64,000 nt of DNA, from assembly GCA_028717245.1 (NCBI GenBank), contig JAQUOD010000004.1, positions 65,508 through 129,507 on the forward strand, written 5' to 3'. Below, piece after piece: positions 42,067 through 52,508 of the stretch. The notes below the pieces were generated by a model. That model was given only the letters and a program-made list of their open reading frames with translations. It did no database searches and had not been told where the DNA came from. The DNA comes from Candidatus Omnitrophota bacterium. GTDB taxonomy: Bacteria; Omnitrophota; Gorgyraeia; Gygaellales; Profunditerraquicolaceae. Made by a program: the position numbers and the translations under genes. How positions within the stretch are numbered: position 1 is the stretch's first letter; each line of letters starts with the position of its first letter.

Positions 42067-43653
42067 TTATATCTTTATTACCTTTACCCCTAAAATATTC
42101 TCCGTCTTTTTTATTTTCTCCAGGACTTCAGCCGATACCGGGCTATCCACGTTTAATACGGTAATCGCCTTTCCCGCGGGCGCCTGACGGCCGAAGGTCA
42201 TGGAGGCGATATTGATCTTATGTTTACCAAAGAGCGTGCCCAAATTACCGATGATACCCGGTTTGTCCTGGTTTTGTATGACGACCATTTCCCCTAACGG
42301 AGAAATCTCCACATAATATTCGTCGATCTTGACAATGCGCGGCTTCTTATTCACTGAGAGCGTGCCATAGACCACTCTCGTTTCTTTGTCAGTCTTTATT
42401 TCCAGCCGGATGAGGTTGACGAACTCCTCTTCTTTGGAGGATTTTGACTCTTTAATTCTAATGCCTCTTTCTTTGGCTAAGGCCGTGGCATTGATAAAAT
42501 TCACCGTCTCTTTTAAAATGGGCGAGAGCACCCCTTTTACCAAAGCCATGGTCAAGGGGCTCAAATCATGCTGGATTATTTCCCCGGCATAACCGATATT
42601 TAACTCCTGGAATCTTCCTTCTGCTAATTGCCCGGAGAAAACACCTATTTTATCGCAAAGGTTTATATACGGCTCTAAAATTTTGCATACCTCTGCTTCT
42701 AAACAGGGATAATTTGCGGCATTACGTATGCCGTGCCCCAGGAGCGCATCGCGCACGATCTCAGCTACTTCAATAGCCACATTGACCTGCGCCTCCTCGG
42801 TAGAAGCGCCTAAATGCGGGGTAGCTATAAGATTATCCAATTTGATTAATTCGCTATCCGCAGGTATCGGCTCTTTTTCAAAGACATCCAAAGCGGCACC
42901 CGCAACCTTGCCTTCTTTGATGGCAACTGCTAAAGCCGCTTCATCAATTATGCCGCCGCGCGCGCAATTAACTATACGCACGCCTTCCTTCATTAAACCG
43001 AATTCTTTAGTAGAGAATAAATGTTTTGTTTCTTCGGTCAAAGGCGTATGCACGGTAATATAATCCGCCTGCTTAAGTAAATCCTTTAATTCCGCCACTT
43101 CAATGCCTAAACTCTCCGCAGCCTCGCACGATAAAAACGGATCATAAGCTAAAATCCTCATCCCGAAAGAAAGGGCGCGTCTAGCCACTTCCTTGCCGAT
43201 TCTCCCTAAACCTACTATGCCTAATGTTTTACCGTAGAGTTCAACGCCCATAAATTTAGAGCGCTTCCATTCGCCTTTTTTAGTAGAGGCATTAGCCTGG
43301 GGGATATTCCTGGAGAGCGATAAAATCATGCTTATAGTGTGTTCGGCGGTGGAAATAGTGTTACCGCCGGGGGTATTCATGACAATAATGCCTTTTTGCG
43401 TGGCTGCTTCCAAGTCTACGTTATCTAACCCTACGCCTGCCCGGCCGATGACTTTTAATTTCGCGGCGGCGTCAATTATCTCTTTAGTCACTTTGGTGGC
43501 GCTACGGACAATTAAGGCATCGTAATGCCTGATTTCTTCCTTTAAGTTTTCAGGCTTAAGTTCAGTCTTAACATCAACCTGAAAATCCTTGACGTCTTTA
43601 AGGATTTTTAAGCCTTCTTCGGATAAAGGGTCGCTGACTAATATTTTCATCAT
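42067..43653 (-). CDS. serA: D-3-phosphoglycerate dehydrogenase (with ACT domain).
   Basis: 528 aa. 2-hydroxyacid dehydrogenase NAD-binding motif GIVGLGRIG and C-terminal ACT. Confidence 0.85.
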   Translation of the reverse strand: MMKILVSDPLSEEGLKILKDVKDFQVDVKTELKPENLKEEIRHYDALIVRSATKVTKEIIDAAAKLKVIGRAGVGLDNVDLEAATQKGIIVMNTPGGNTISTAEHTISMILSLSRNIPQANASTKKGEWKRSKFMGVELYGKTLGIVGLGRIGKEVARRALSFGMRILAYDPFLSCEAAESLGIEVAELKDLLKQADYITVHTPLTEETKHLFSTKEFGLMKEGVRIVNCARGGIIDEAALAVAIKEGKVAGAALDVFEKEPIPADSELIKLDNLIATPHLGASTEEAQVNVAIEVAEIVRDALLGHGIRNAANYPCLEAEVCKILEPYINLCDKIGVFSGQLAEGRFQELNIGYAGEIIQHDLSPLTMALVKGVLSPILKETVNFINATALAKERGIRIKESKSSKEEEFVNLIRLEIKTDKETRVVYGTLSVNKKPRIVKIDEYYVEISPLGEMVVIQNQDKPGIIGNLGTLFGKHKINIASMTFGRQAPAGKAITVLNVDSPVSAEVLEKIKKTENILGVKVIKI

Positions 43654-43672
43654 TAAAAGCCTCCCAGAAAAA

Positions 43673-44809
43673 TTATTTGAGAAATATCTCTTCTGCGGCT
43701 TTGACGCCTGAACCTAACGCAAATTTATATCCCATCTGGTGCAATACTTTTTCTAAACAGGCGATGCCGGCAATAATATCAGACTCCTCGATAAAACCCA
43801 TATGCGCGATTCTAAAGACCTTGCCTTTTAGTTCTGCCTGGCCTCCGGCGATAGTTACGCCATAGGTATCGCGCATGGCCTTAACCATCTTTTCGCCATC
43901 TATGCCCTGCGGGGCCTTGACTGCGGTCACGACATCGGAAGCTGCTAAGGGTGCGAATAATTCTAACCCTAAGGCTTTCATCGCCGAGCGCGTAGCATCT
44001 GCCATTTTTTTATGACGGCTGAATACCTTTTCTAGGCCGTCTTCTTTGAGCATTTTTAAGGATTCGCAGAGAGCGATAATTAAAGTTATGGCCGGCGTAA
44101 AAGGGGTATCGGTTTTATCGAGCGCCTTTTTTGCTTCCTTTAAATCAAAATAATATTTCGGGCTTTTTGAGGCCTCTATTAATTTCCAGGCCTTAGGGCT
44201 TACAGAAATAAAACCTAAGCCCGGCGGTAACATCAGGCCTTTCTGCGAGCCGGAAACTACCACATCGCAAAACCAGCTATCAGTCTGTAAATCAATGGCC
44301 CCTAAGCCACTGATAGCATCTATGACTAATACCGCTTCTGTATCTTTTACTACCTCCCCGATTGCGGCAATATCAGTAGCTACGCCGGTAGAAGTTTCAC
44401 AAAGGGTGGTAAATACTGCCTTAATCTTAGGGTTGGCTTTAAGCCTCTTATCAATTTCGTCAGGCGTAACTGCCTTGCCCCATTCCACTTTAATAACATC
44501 GCAATTTATTCCGTATGCCCGGCAGATCTCTGTCCAGCGCTCGCCAAACTTTCCCCCCTCTACGGTAATTGCGCTGTCGCCGGGAGAAAGCAAATTTATT
44601 ATTGCTGCCTCCATAGCGCCGGTGCCGGAAGAAGCTAAGATAAAGACATCGCCTTTAGTCTGATAGACGTATTTTAAACCTTCTGTCGCTTCCTTCAATA
44701 TCGCCTGGAATTGGGGCGTGCGGTGATGGATGATGGGTTGCGCCATCGCCTGGCAGACTTGCGGCGGTAAAGGCGTCGGCCCGGGAGTTAATAAATAATT
44801 CTTCCTCAT
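43673..44809 (-). CDS. Class V aminotransferase (AGXT / phosphoserine aminotransferase-like), adjacent to serA.
   Basis: LLTPGPTPLPPQV N-terminus typical of class V aminotransferases. Confidence 0.75.
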   Translation of the reverse strand: MRKNYLLTPGPTPLPPQVCQAMAQPIIHHRTPQFQAILKEATEGLKYVYQTKGDVFILASSGTGAMEAAIINLLSPGDSAITVEGGKFGERWTEICRAYGINCDVIKVEWGKAVTPDEIDKRLKANPKIKAVFTTLCETSTGVATDIAAIGEVVKDTEAVLVIDAISGLGAIDLQTDSWFCDVVVSGSQKGLMLPPGLGFISVSPKAWKLIEASKSPKYYFDLKEAKKALDKTDTPFTPAITLIIALCESLKMLKEDGLEKVFSRHKKMADATRSAMKALGLELFAPLAASDVVTAVKAPQGIDGEKMVKAMRDTYGVTIAGGQAELKGKVFRIAHMGFIEESDIIAGIACLEKVLHQMGYKFALGSGVKAAEEIFLK

Positions 44810-44810
44810 A

Positions 44811-44916
44811 AGAGTTCCTTTCGTTATTGAGTTACTTGAGTTATTGAGTTACTTGAGTTTGCTAGACCAACTGCAAAACTCAAAAGACCCTATAAACTCA
44901 ACAAACTCTAAAAACT
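44811..44916. repeat. Long imperfect palindrome of (TATTGAGTT / TACTTGAGTT) words and their complements at the clpP-aminotransferase junction.
   Basis: cgttattgagttacttgagttattgagttacttgagttt...aaaactcaaaagaccctataaactcaacaaactc. Confidence 0.8.
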
Positions 44917-45525
44917 TTATTTTTTCTTGGTTACGATCACTTCATCTACCAAACCGTAGGCCTTTGCTTCTTCGGCAGACATAAAGTAATCGCGGTCAGT
45001 ATCCTTCTGGATTTTTTCCAACGGCTGCTTTGTATTCACGGATAAAATCTCATTGAGCTGGTCGCGTAATTTCAAGATTTCCTTGGCATGCCGGGAGATA
45101 TCCTCTGCTACTCCCTGAATCCCGCCCCAGGGTTGATGAATCATAATCCTTGAATTCGGCAGGGCAAAACGTTTGCCCTTAGTGCCGGCGCATAAGAGAA
45201 TTGCCCCCATACTTGTGGCCTGGCCTACGCAATAAGTGGCGACATCGGGTTTGACAAACTGTATAGTATCATATATTGCTAACCCCGCGGTTACCGAACC
45301 TCCGGGTGAATTAATATAGACGTTGATGTCCTTATTAGAATCCTCCATCTGTAAAAAGAGCATCTGGGCAATGATAAGATTAGCTACGTTGTCATCAATG
45401 CCCGTGCCGATAAAAATAATGCGGTCTTTAAGTAAACGCGAATAGATATCATAGGCCCGCTCGTAGCCTTTGGGCGATTGTTCAATCACCATCGGTACCA
45501 ATGTCTGCATTTTAACGCTCATCAA
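44917..45525 (-). CDS. clpP: ATP-dependent Clp protease proteolytic subunit.
   Basis: [11 protein letters not shown] and HQPWGG catalytic motifs. Confidence 0.9.
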   Translation of the reverse strand: MMSVKMQTLVPMVIEQSPKGYERAYDIYSRLLKDRIIFIGTGIDDNVANLIIAQMLFLQMEDSNKDINVYINSPGGSVTAGLAIYDTIQFVKPDVATYCVGQATSMGAILLCAGTKGKRFALPNSRIMIHQPWGGIQGVAEDISRHAKEILKLRDQLNEILSVNTKQPLEKIQKDTDRDYFMSAEEAKAYGLVDEVIVTKKK

Positions 45526-46403
45526 TTACCTCCTTCTTGCCAATTCGCTTCTTTCAATAAAAATTCTATCACATGAGCTGGCATATGGTCATCCTGCGCG
45601 ATATTTTCCTTTTTGGCGATAGCGGATAAAACCAGATAAACCTTTACCTGCCTCTTTGCTTGCGGTTCTAGCTCCTGCCGCATAACCTTATCTTGCCCGT
45701 CTATCTTATCGCGGGGGATACCTTTTAATGCCAGGTCTAATTTTGTCTGCCGGACTAAATCATCTAACTGCCGCGTAACCATGGAAGAGGGTAACTTAAA
45801 ATCCAGGCCTTTGGTTATAGCTTCTACAATTTCATTCTCTATCTTCTGCCTCTGCAGGCTTTCTTTCTGAAGATAAATTTGCCTCTCAAACGCCTTTTCT
45901 AATTCCAGAAGGTTAGGATAGCCTAATCCCTTGGCGAAATTATCGTCAATAACCTCTACTTTCCTTGATTCTTTTAAGGAATCAAGGCTGCGCTTTAGCT
46001 CATCAGGGGTAACTTCTATTTTTTTATAATTTACCCTGATGCCTTTATAATTTTTTGCGCTGACCTGTGGGCTTATCTCCACGTGGGCCTTAAAAGAAAG
46101 ATTATCCCTCTCTAACTTCACATCAAATATATTCGGCAATTCCACTATATCCAGCCCTTCCTTTTCTATGGCCTGATTGTATAGCTCGGGAATCAGTTCT
46201 TTGAGCACCTGCTCATGGGCATGGGAAGAATAATGTTTTTCTAAGATATCGCGGGGGGCATTACCGGGCCGAAAACCCGGGACCTTTGCTTCCTTGGCGA
46301 TCTTCTTAAAGACATCCTCAAATTTATTCTTGACGATATCGCCGCTTATCTCAACGCTGACTTCTCTTTTGTTGCCGTCTAATTTCTTAACTTCAATTTT
46401 CAT
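45522..46403 (-). CDS. tig: Trigger factor (short form, 293 aa; apparently lacks the PPIase domain).
   Basis: N-terminal ribosome-binding [16 protein letters not shown] signature. Confidence 0.75.
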   Translation of the reverse strand: MKIEVKKLDGNKREVSVEISGDIVKNKFEDVFKKIAKEAKVPGFRPGNAPRDILEKHYSSHAHEQVLKELIPELYNQAIEKEGLDIVELPNIFDVKLERDNLSFKAHVEISPQVSAKNYKGIRVNYKKIEVTPDELKRSLDSLKESRKVEVIDDNFAKGLGYPNLLELEKAFERQIYLQKESLQRQKIENEIVEAITKGLDFKLPSSMVTRQLDDLVRQTKLDLALKGIPRDKIDGQDKVMRQELEPQAKRQVKVYLVLSAIAKKENIAQDDHMPAHVIEFLLKEANWQEGGN

Positions 46404-46464
46404 TTATCCCTCAACATTCAAACATTCAAAACATTTTAACATTCAAACATTCAAACATTAGCTG
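46404..46464. repeat. ACATTCAAAC-family repeat at the lptB-tig junction.
   Basis: caacattcaaacattcaaaacattttaacattcaaacattcaaacatta. Confidence 0.8.
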
Positions 46465-47187
46465 CTACATCCTAAACTTCTCGCCTAAATAAATTTCGCG
46501 CGCCTGGGGGTTATTAATCAGTTCCTCGGCAGTCCCGGAAATAAGGATCCTGCCTTCGGCGATCAAATACGCCCTGTCAGTAATAGAAAGGGTCTCTCTG
46601 ACGTTATGGTCGGTGAGTAAAATTCCCAGGCCCTTTTCCTTAAGTTCTTTAATTATCTCCTGCGCCTCATTCACGACGATAGGGTCTATCCCGGAAAACG
46701 GCTCATCCAAAAGGATAAAAGAGGGGTTAGTCACCAAAGCCCGGGTAATCTCCAGGCGCCTTCGTTCTCCGCCGGATAAGGTGTAAGCCCTGTTCTTAGC
46801 CAGATGCGCGATGTTTAATTCTTCAAGCAAGCCGGCCAACCGATGCCTTCTCTCTGTCTTACTGATAGGCAAGGTCTCTAAGATGGCCATAATATTTTCT
46901 TCCACGGTAAGCTTCCTGAAAATTGACGGCTCCTGAGAAAGATAACCTATGCCGAAACGCGCGCGCTCATGGATAGGTAAATTGGTGATATTGTAATTAT
47001 CAAATACGATAGAGCCGCTATTGGGAGAAATAACGCCTACCACCATATAAAAGGTAGTGGTCTTGCCTGCGCCGTTAGGCCCTAAAAGCCCCACTATCTC
47101 CCCGCGCTTGACATTTAAATCTACGCCCTTAACCACCTGCCTGGCGTCGTAAGATTTAGTCAGGCCTTTAATTTCCAAGAGATGCAT
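46465..47187 (-). CDS. lptB: LPS export ABC transporter ATP-binding protein.
   Basis: GPNGAGKTTTF Walker A, LSGGERRRLEI signature. Confidence 0.9.
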   Translation of the reverse strand: MHLLEIKGLTKSYDARQVVKGVDLNVKRGEIVGLLGPNGAGKTTTFYMVVGVISPNSGSIVFDNYNITNLPIHERARFGIGYLSQEPSIFRKLTVEENIMAILETLPISKTERRHRLAGLLEELNIAHLAKNRAYTLSGGERRRLEITRALVTNPSFILLDEPFSGIDPIVVNEAQEIIKELKEKGLGILLTDHNVRETLSITDRAYLIAEGRILISGTAEELINNPQAREIYLGEKFRM

Positions 47188-48115
47188 TCATACCCTCCGC
47201 GGAATAAATAACTAATCTCGGTTTGCCTGAAAGAGTAATCTTCCTGTCTAACGCGGTGTAAGTCGCTTCGTCGCTGTAGGAAATGTTTTCGCCCTGGCTG
47301 ATCTTTACGTTGCCGCGCGCCACAATCTTGTCTATCTTGCTGCCCATAGCGGCCATGCCTGCCTGGCCTGCGGAGATATCTTTGCCAGCGTCTGTGCCGC
47401 CGAAATAAACATCCATCTTATCGCTCTCAATCAGGGCATCCTGGGTATCTACCTTTACATTATTGCTGAAGGTAGCGATATTCTTCCCGTAATCTATCTC
47501 CAGGGGGCCATCGCAGGTAATGACAATCTTTTTTTGCCCGGCCGGCTCCTGGGCCTTAGCGTCAACGCTGGGATTGATATTTACCGTAACATCTTTTTCC
47601 AGGCTCACCTTTTTTAAGTCCGGTTCGCCGCTTGCGCCGCTGGCAGTGGTCACCATATTGCCCCTTTCTATGCTCACCATATCCTTGGTACTCACCAGGC
47701 GGTTTTTCCTGTCCCAATCCAGAGAATCCGTAGTCAGTTTTGCGCCGGTAGAAGTAGTGATGATGACATTCTCTTCCAGATGCACCTTGCCGTCTGCCTT
47801 ATCAAAATCGCCCTTGTCAGCGGTAAGCCTGATATCCTCTTTTTCGCCGTAAAGGTTACCGACTACGCTCTTGAGTTTTACTATGTTGTCAAATATATCC
47901 GCGGATTTTCCCGAAAGGTCCCAGCTGCGCTTGCCTTTTTCGCCAAAGCTGGCCAGGGAAAACTCATTAATCTGCTGGTCAGAGCCCGGAGCATTTTCTT
48001 CCTGGGCAACTAAGCTGTAAGCTGTAAGCTGTAAGCTGTAAGTAAAGATAAAAAAGAAAAATAAAATAATCTTAAGAATACCTGATTTATGACACCTGAC
48101 TTGTGACTCTGCCAT
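47168..48115 (-). CDS. lptA: LptA/OstA-family LPS transport protein. The (GTAAGCT)n repeat encodes part of the signal-peptide region.
   Basis: N-terminal hydrophobic segment, OstA-like beta-rich body. Position matches kdsC-lptA-lptB synteny. Confidence 0.55.
   Translation of the reverse strand: MAESQVRCHKSGILKIILFFFFIFTYSLQLTAYSLVAQEENAPGSDQQINEFSLASFGEKGKRSWDLSGKSADIFDNIVKLKSVVGNLYGEKEDIRLTADKGDFDKADGKVHLEENVIITTSTGAKLTTDSLDWDRKNRLVSTKDMVSIERGNMVTTASGASGEPDLKKVSLEKDVTVNINPSVDAKAQEPAGQKKIVITCDGPLEIDYGKNIATFSNNVKVDTQDALIESDKMDVYFGGTDAGKDISAGQAGMAAMGSKIDKIVARGNVKISQGENISYSDEATYTALDRKITLSGKPRLVIYSAEGMNASLGN
47992..48022. repeat. (AAGCTGT)x4.5 heptamer array inside the lptA 5' coding region, encoding QLTAYSL.
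   Basis: aagctgtaagctgtaagctgtaagctgtaag. Confidence 0.85.
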
Positions 48116-48124
48116 TTTTAATTT

Positions 48125-48658
48125 CTACAAATCATAAAGGCCTACCATCTCTTCCCACTTACCCTGCGCCTTCAGGATGAGTTCTGCTATTTCCCGTACT
48201 GCGCCGCGGCCGCCTTGCTTGAGGGTAATATAAGCAGCTGCCTGTTTTATTTCCGGCGCGGCATTAAATACAGCGATAGGAAAACCCACCTTTTTCATCA
48301 GGCCTAAATCTACCAGGTCATCTCCGGCAAAACATATTTCGCTAATATCTACCTTATATTTCTTTAGGATTTTATCCAGGGCTTTTGTCTTGGGAGAAAT
48401 ATTTTCAAAGACCGCCTCAACGCGCATATCGCGGGCGCGCGGGGCGATGGCACGCGAACCCTTGGCAGTAATCAGGATAGTCGGGATACCTGATTTTTTC
48501 AATAAATACACCCCCAGGCCGTCATGGCAATCAAAGAATTTCATATCCCGGCCGTGCGAATCGTAGATAATCCTGCCGTCAGTCAACACCCCGTCTACGT
48601 CCAGCATCAATAACCTGACCCTTTTAGCCTTCTCGATTAATTCTTCTTTAATATCCAT
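48125..48658 (-). CDS. kdsC: KDO 8-phosphate phosphatase (HAD).
   Basis: LLMLDVDGVLTDGRIIY HAD motif I. Confidence 0.8.
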   Translation of the reverse strand: MDIKEELIEKAKRVRLLMLDVDGVLTDGRIIYDSHGRDMKFFDCHDGLGVYLLKKSGIPTILITAKGSRAIAPRARDMRVEAVFENISPKTKALDKILKKYKVDISEICFAGDDLVDLGLMKKVGFPIAVFNAAPEIKQAAAYITLKQGGRGAVREIAELILKAQGKWEEMVGLYDL

Positions 48659-48826
48659 ACTCTATAATTGTATAATTGCACCAGGTGCCGAGCCAATCTC
48701 GTACCAGGTGCGAAACTAATCTTGTACCTGTCCCTTCTTTCTCTTGCTAACGGTACACACGCCGCCTCAGGGGACAGGTACAATCTCAAATTTGCACCAG
48801 GTGCCCGATTGGATTTGCACCTGGTG
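48659..48826. promoter_or_regulatory. Complex palindromic intergenic region. It has four GCACC-W-GGTGC-type 5-1-5 palindromes and a central GTACCTGTCCC...GGGACAGGTAC 11-bp inverted repeat.
   Basis: tgcaccaggtgc...gtaccaggtgcg...gtacctgtccc(36 nt)gggacaggtac...gcaccaggtgcc...gcacctggtgc. Confidence 0.45.
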
Positions 48827-49789
48827 CTAAACTAAGCCGGCTTTTAAAAGGTCCTGTATATCCAATAAACCTACTGGACGTTTATTTTTATCTACGACCG
48901 GCAGCTCATCTATCTTTTTCTCCTGTAATATGCGGCTGGCCTCTATTGCCAGCATCTGCGGGGAAACCGCAATCGGATTTTTAGTCATTGCATCCTTCAC
49001 CTGGCGTTTAGCTAAACTCAGGTCTTTTTCCAGATGGCGGCGTAAGTCTCCGTCAGTAAAGATACCGGTGAGCTGCTTATTTTTATTTATCACCGAGGCG
49101 CTGCCTGCGCGTGCCCTAGTGATCCTGAATAGAACCTCTGAAATTTTCATCTCTTCCCTGACTATGGGATTGGCATCGCCCTTACGCATAATATCCTCTA
49201 CTTTTAAGAGCAGCTTTCTGCCCAATAAGCCCCCCGGGTGATAAAAGGCAAAATCTTTTTCTTTAAAACCTTTTAAATCCAGAAGACAGACTGCCAGGGC
49301 ATCGGCCATGGCCAGCATCGCCGTCGTAGAAGTTGTAGGCGCAAGGCCTAAGGGACAGGCCTCTTTTTTTACAGCGGTATTTAAGACTGCATCCGCATAA
49401 CGGCCAAGCAGGGATTTGGTATTGCCGGTAATGGCGATTATCTGCGTGCCTATCTTCTTTAATAAAGGCAGTAATTTCTTAATCTCCTCTGTCTCTCCGC
49501 TGTTAGATAAAATAATCACTACATCTTCTTCGGCAACCCGGCCCAGGTCCCCGTGTATGGCTTCCGCAGAATGCAGAAATAAACTCGGGGTCCCGGTCGA
49601 AGAGAGGGTAGCGGATAATTTTTGGCCGATAATACCGGCCTTACCCATTCCGGTAACTACCACCCTGCCTTTGGAGCGTAAAATAAATTGGACTGCCTTT
49701 TTAAAATCCGTATTAATATTCTTTTTTAAATCGCTTACTGCCCCGGCCTCGATATCTAAAACCTGCCTGGCGCGTTTGATAATATTCAT
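48827..49789 (-). CDS. kdsD: Arabinose-5-phosphate isomerase (SIS + CBS).
   Basis: SIS domain GMGKAGIIGQK, C-terminal tandem CBS. Confidence 0.85.
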   Translation of the reverse strand: MNIIKRARQVLDIEAGAVSDLKKNINTDFKKAVQFILRSKGRVVVTGMGKAGIIGQKLSATLSSTGTPSLFLHSAEAIHGDLGRVAEEDVVIILSNSGETEEIKKLLPLLKKIGTQIIAITGNTKSLLGRYADAVLNTAVKKEACPLGLAPTTSTTAMLAMADALAVCLLDLKGFKEKDFAFYHPGGLLGRKLLLKVEDIMRKGDANPIVREEMKISEVLFRITRARAGSASVINKNKQLTGIFTDGDLRRHLEKDLSLAKRQVKDAMTKNPIAVSPQMLAIEASRILQEKKIDELPVVDKNKRPVGLLDIQDLLKAGLV

Positions 49790-49837
49790 AGGGCTTCCTC
49801 TTAATCCGCCGTAGGCGGATAAGTTCAGCCATATAAC

Positions 49838-50674
49838 TTATGTCGTACTTCGTACTCCATAAGTTATGGCTTCACTTATTTTCTTGATTTGCCGTAAGAG
49901 TTTTTCTAAATCCTTTAGACTAATCATATTCGGCCCGTCGCAGGGAGCATTATCCGGCTTCGGGTGTACTTCTAAAAACAAACCGTCACAGCCAAAACCA
50001 ACCGCAGCGCGCGAAAGCCCGGCCACAAATTCCCGTTGTCCGCCGGAGCATCTACCCTTACCCCCGGGAAGCTGCACGCTATGCGTGGCATCATAAATAA
50101 CCGGATAACCCATCTGGCGTATAATACTTAGGCTCCTGAAATCCGAGACTAAATTATTATAACCAAAACACACGCCCCGCTCGGTAATCAGGATATTTTT
50201 ATTCCCCGTAGATTCTATTTTTTTGATGATGGGCAGAATATCCCAGGGCGCCAGGAATTGGCCTTTCTTGATATTTACGGCTTTGCCTGTCCTGGCTGTT
50301 GCCACCACAATATCCGTCTGGCGGCATAAGAATGCCGGGATCTGTATTATATCCAAAACCTTGGCTGCTTCAACGATGTCCTTGCGACAATGGATATCGC
50401 TTAATACGGGGATGCGTAATTTTTGCTTCACTTTATTCAGGGTATCCAGGCCCTTCTTTATTCCCGGGCCGCGGTAAGATTCTATTGACAAACGGTTAGC
50501 TTTATCAAAACTGGATTTAAAGATAAAAGGTATGCTTAATTTTTCAGTAATATCCTTTATCCTCTTGGCAGTATCCAGGCAGAGTGTTTCTGACTCAATT
50601 ACGCAAGGCCCGGCAATCAAAACTAACGGGTTTTTATCACCTATGCGGATATTTTTTACGTTAATCTGGCGCAT
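49838..50674 (-). CDS. kdsA: 3-deoxy-8-phosphooctulonate synthase.
   Basis: VLIAGPCVIESE and KASFDKANR motifs. Confidence 0.9.
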   Translation of the reverse strand: MRQINVKNIRIGDKNPLVLIAGPCVIESETLCLDTAKRIKDITEKLSIPFIFKSSFDKANRLSIESYRGPGIKKGLDTLNKVKQKLRIPVLSDIHCRKDIVEAAKVLDIIQIPAFLCRQTDIVVATARTGKAVNIKKGQFLAPWDILPIIKKIESTGNKNILITERGVCFGYNNLVSDFRSLSIIRQMGYPVIYDATHSVQLPGGKGRCSGGQREFVAGLSRAAVGFGCDGLFLEVHPKPDNAPCDGPNMISLKDLEKLLRQIKKISEAITYGVRSTT

Positions 50675-51414
50675 TATATTTTTTCCCTCTGCAGGTATTC
50701 TCTGACTTTTTCTAAATCCTGCGGCGTATCTACGCCGATAGTCTCGTATTTTGTCTCAATGACTTTGATGCGAAAGCCCTCCTCCAGGACCCGCAATTGT
50801 TCCAGCCGCTCTATTTTTTCCAGGTTAGAGACCGGCAGATTTTTATAGGTAAAAAGAAAATCTTTGGTGTAGCCATATAAACCGATGTGCTTGTAATATA
50901 CGGGCGAAGCCGCTTCGGAACCTTGGGCAAGATAGGGAATGACTGACCTCGAAAAGTATAGGGCAAAATTATTTTTGTCCACCACCACCTTGACCACATG
51001 GGGGTCGTTCAACTCCTGGGGGTTTTCTATTTTTTTCATAATGGTAGCCATGGAAATTTTACGGTCATCGAGGAGCGACTGCGCCAGGGTATCAATCATC
51101 GTAGGATGTATCAAAGGCTCATCGCCCTGAATATTGATTACTATCTTCACCTCTATGGGGTTTATCACCTCGATGATCCTGTCCGTTCCCGATACATGGC
51201 CTTTTGCCGTAAAGGCGACCTTAGCGCCGAATTCTCTGGCTGCATCGGCAACGCGTTCGTCGTCGCAGGCAATGATTAAATCCTCTAAAAGCAGGGATTG
51301 TTTCGCCCGTTCCCAGACGTGCTGGATCATAGGTTTTCCCGATATATCCGCCAGGACCTTGCCTTCAAACCTGGTAGAAGAATACCTCGCCGGGATTATA
51401 CCGATAATATCCAT
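50674..51414 (-). CDS. kdsB: 3-deoxy-manno-octulosonate cytidylyltransferase.
   Basis: IIPARYSSTRFEGK N-terminus. Confidence 0.9.
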   Translation of the reverse strand: MDIIGIIPARYSSTRFEGKVLADISGKPMIQHVWERAKQSLLLEDLIIACDDERVADAAREFGAKVAFTAKGHVSGTDRIIEVINPIEVKIVINIQGDEPLIHPTMIDTLAQSLLDDRKISMATIMKKIENPQELNDPHVVKVVVDKNNFALYFSRSVIPYLAQGSEAASPVYYKHIGLYGYTKDFLFTYKNLPVSNLEKIERLEQLRVLEEGFRIKVIETKYETIGVDTPQDLEKVREYLQREKI

Positions 51415-52437
51415 CTATCTTATCCTCTCTGATAGCTCTTTTCTGGAGGCAACCGCCGTGCCTAATTTGCCCACGACAATACCGGCGGCAAAATTGGCGA
51501 TATGCGCTGCTTCAAGCTTGCTTGCGCCGCAAGCAAGCGCCACGGTAAATGTTGCTATTACGGTATCGCCTGCTCCTGAAACATCAAAAACCTCCTGAGC
51601 CACCGTCGGAATATGTTGATTTTTCCCTTTTTCAAAAAGCCACATCCCGTTCTCGCCAAGCGTAATCAAGAGGCTTTCTAACTCTAAATGCCCCAGGATT
51701 GCTTCGCCGGCCTTAATAATATCATTATGGGTGAGCAATTCTTCTTTATAAATTTTAAACTTATTGTGGGCGTCCTTCATTTTTAGGTATCTAACGGCAT
51801 TCTCGGTTTCTTTACGGTTAGGGGTAATACATGTAGCTTTAAAATAACAATCGAAATTATCCTCCTTGGGATCAATAGTTATTATTTTTTCTAACCTATT
51901 GGCTTCTTTGATAATAGTTTCAATCAAATTTCTATCAAGGAGGCCCTTCCCATAGTCTTCAACTATGACTGCATCAAAATCCTTTAAATTACCTGATATG
52001 TAACTACGCAGCTTATTGTCGGTTTCTCTTTTGATATTATGCACGTGCTCCCAATCAACCCTGACTACCTGCTGATGCCCGGCGATAATCCTGGTTTTAA
52101 GGGTCGTTTCTCTACCGTTTTCTAACATTACCCCTGACGCATCAATCCTGCGGTCCTTAAGTTCATTTAAAAGCCTTTTTGAAATCTCAGGGCTCCTGTC
52201 GCCTATAACTCCGCATAAGCTAACCTTACCCCCCAGCGCGCAGATGTTGTTTGCAACATTAGCGGCTCCGCCGGGTGAGTATTTTCTTTCTCTTGCCCAT
52301 ACAACCGGCACAGGTGCTTCCGGAGAAACCCTGTCGACGCCGCCATAGATATATTGGTCAAGAATCAAATCCCCTACTACTAAAATATTGGCCTTAGAAA
52401 ATTTAGAAATTATATTTTTTAAACTGCCTAATTTCAT
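51415..52437 (-). CDS. hldA: D-glycero-beta-D-manno-heptose 7-phosphate kinase (RfaE domain I / HldA-like, PfkB family).
   Basis: ILVVGDLILDQYIYGGVDRVSPEAPVPVV, with the PfkB GAGD motif near the C-terminus. Confidence 0.75.
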   Translation of the reverse strand: MKLGSLKNIISKFSKANILVVGDLILDQYIYGGVDRVSPEAPVPVVWARERKYSPGGAANVANNICALGGKVSLCGVIGDRSPEISKRLLNELKDRRIDASGVMLENGRETTLKTRIIAGHQQVVRVDWEHVHNIKRETDNKLRSYISGNLKDFDAVIVEDYGKGLLDRNLIETIIKEANRLEKIITIDPKEDNFDCYFKATCITPNRKETENAVRYLKMKDAHNKFKIYKEELLTHNDIIKAGEAILGHLELESLLITLGENGMWLFEKGKNQHIPTVAQEVFDVSGAGDTVIATFTVALACGASKLEAAHIANFAAGIVVGKLGTAVASRKELSERIR

Positions 52438-52490
52438 TTTTTACCCGCTAACATTTAAACTTTCAAACTTTCAAACATTTTAACAGACAC
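52438..52490. repeat. ACATTTAAAC / TTTCAAAC leader repeat at the DHS-like-hldA junction.
   Basis: ctaacatttaaactttcaaactttcaaacattttaac. Confidence 0.75.
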
Positions 52491-52508
52491 AGCATTACTC
52501 ATAGCTTT

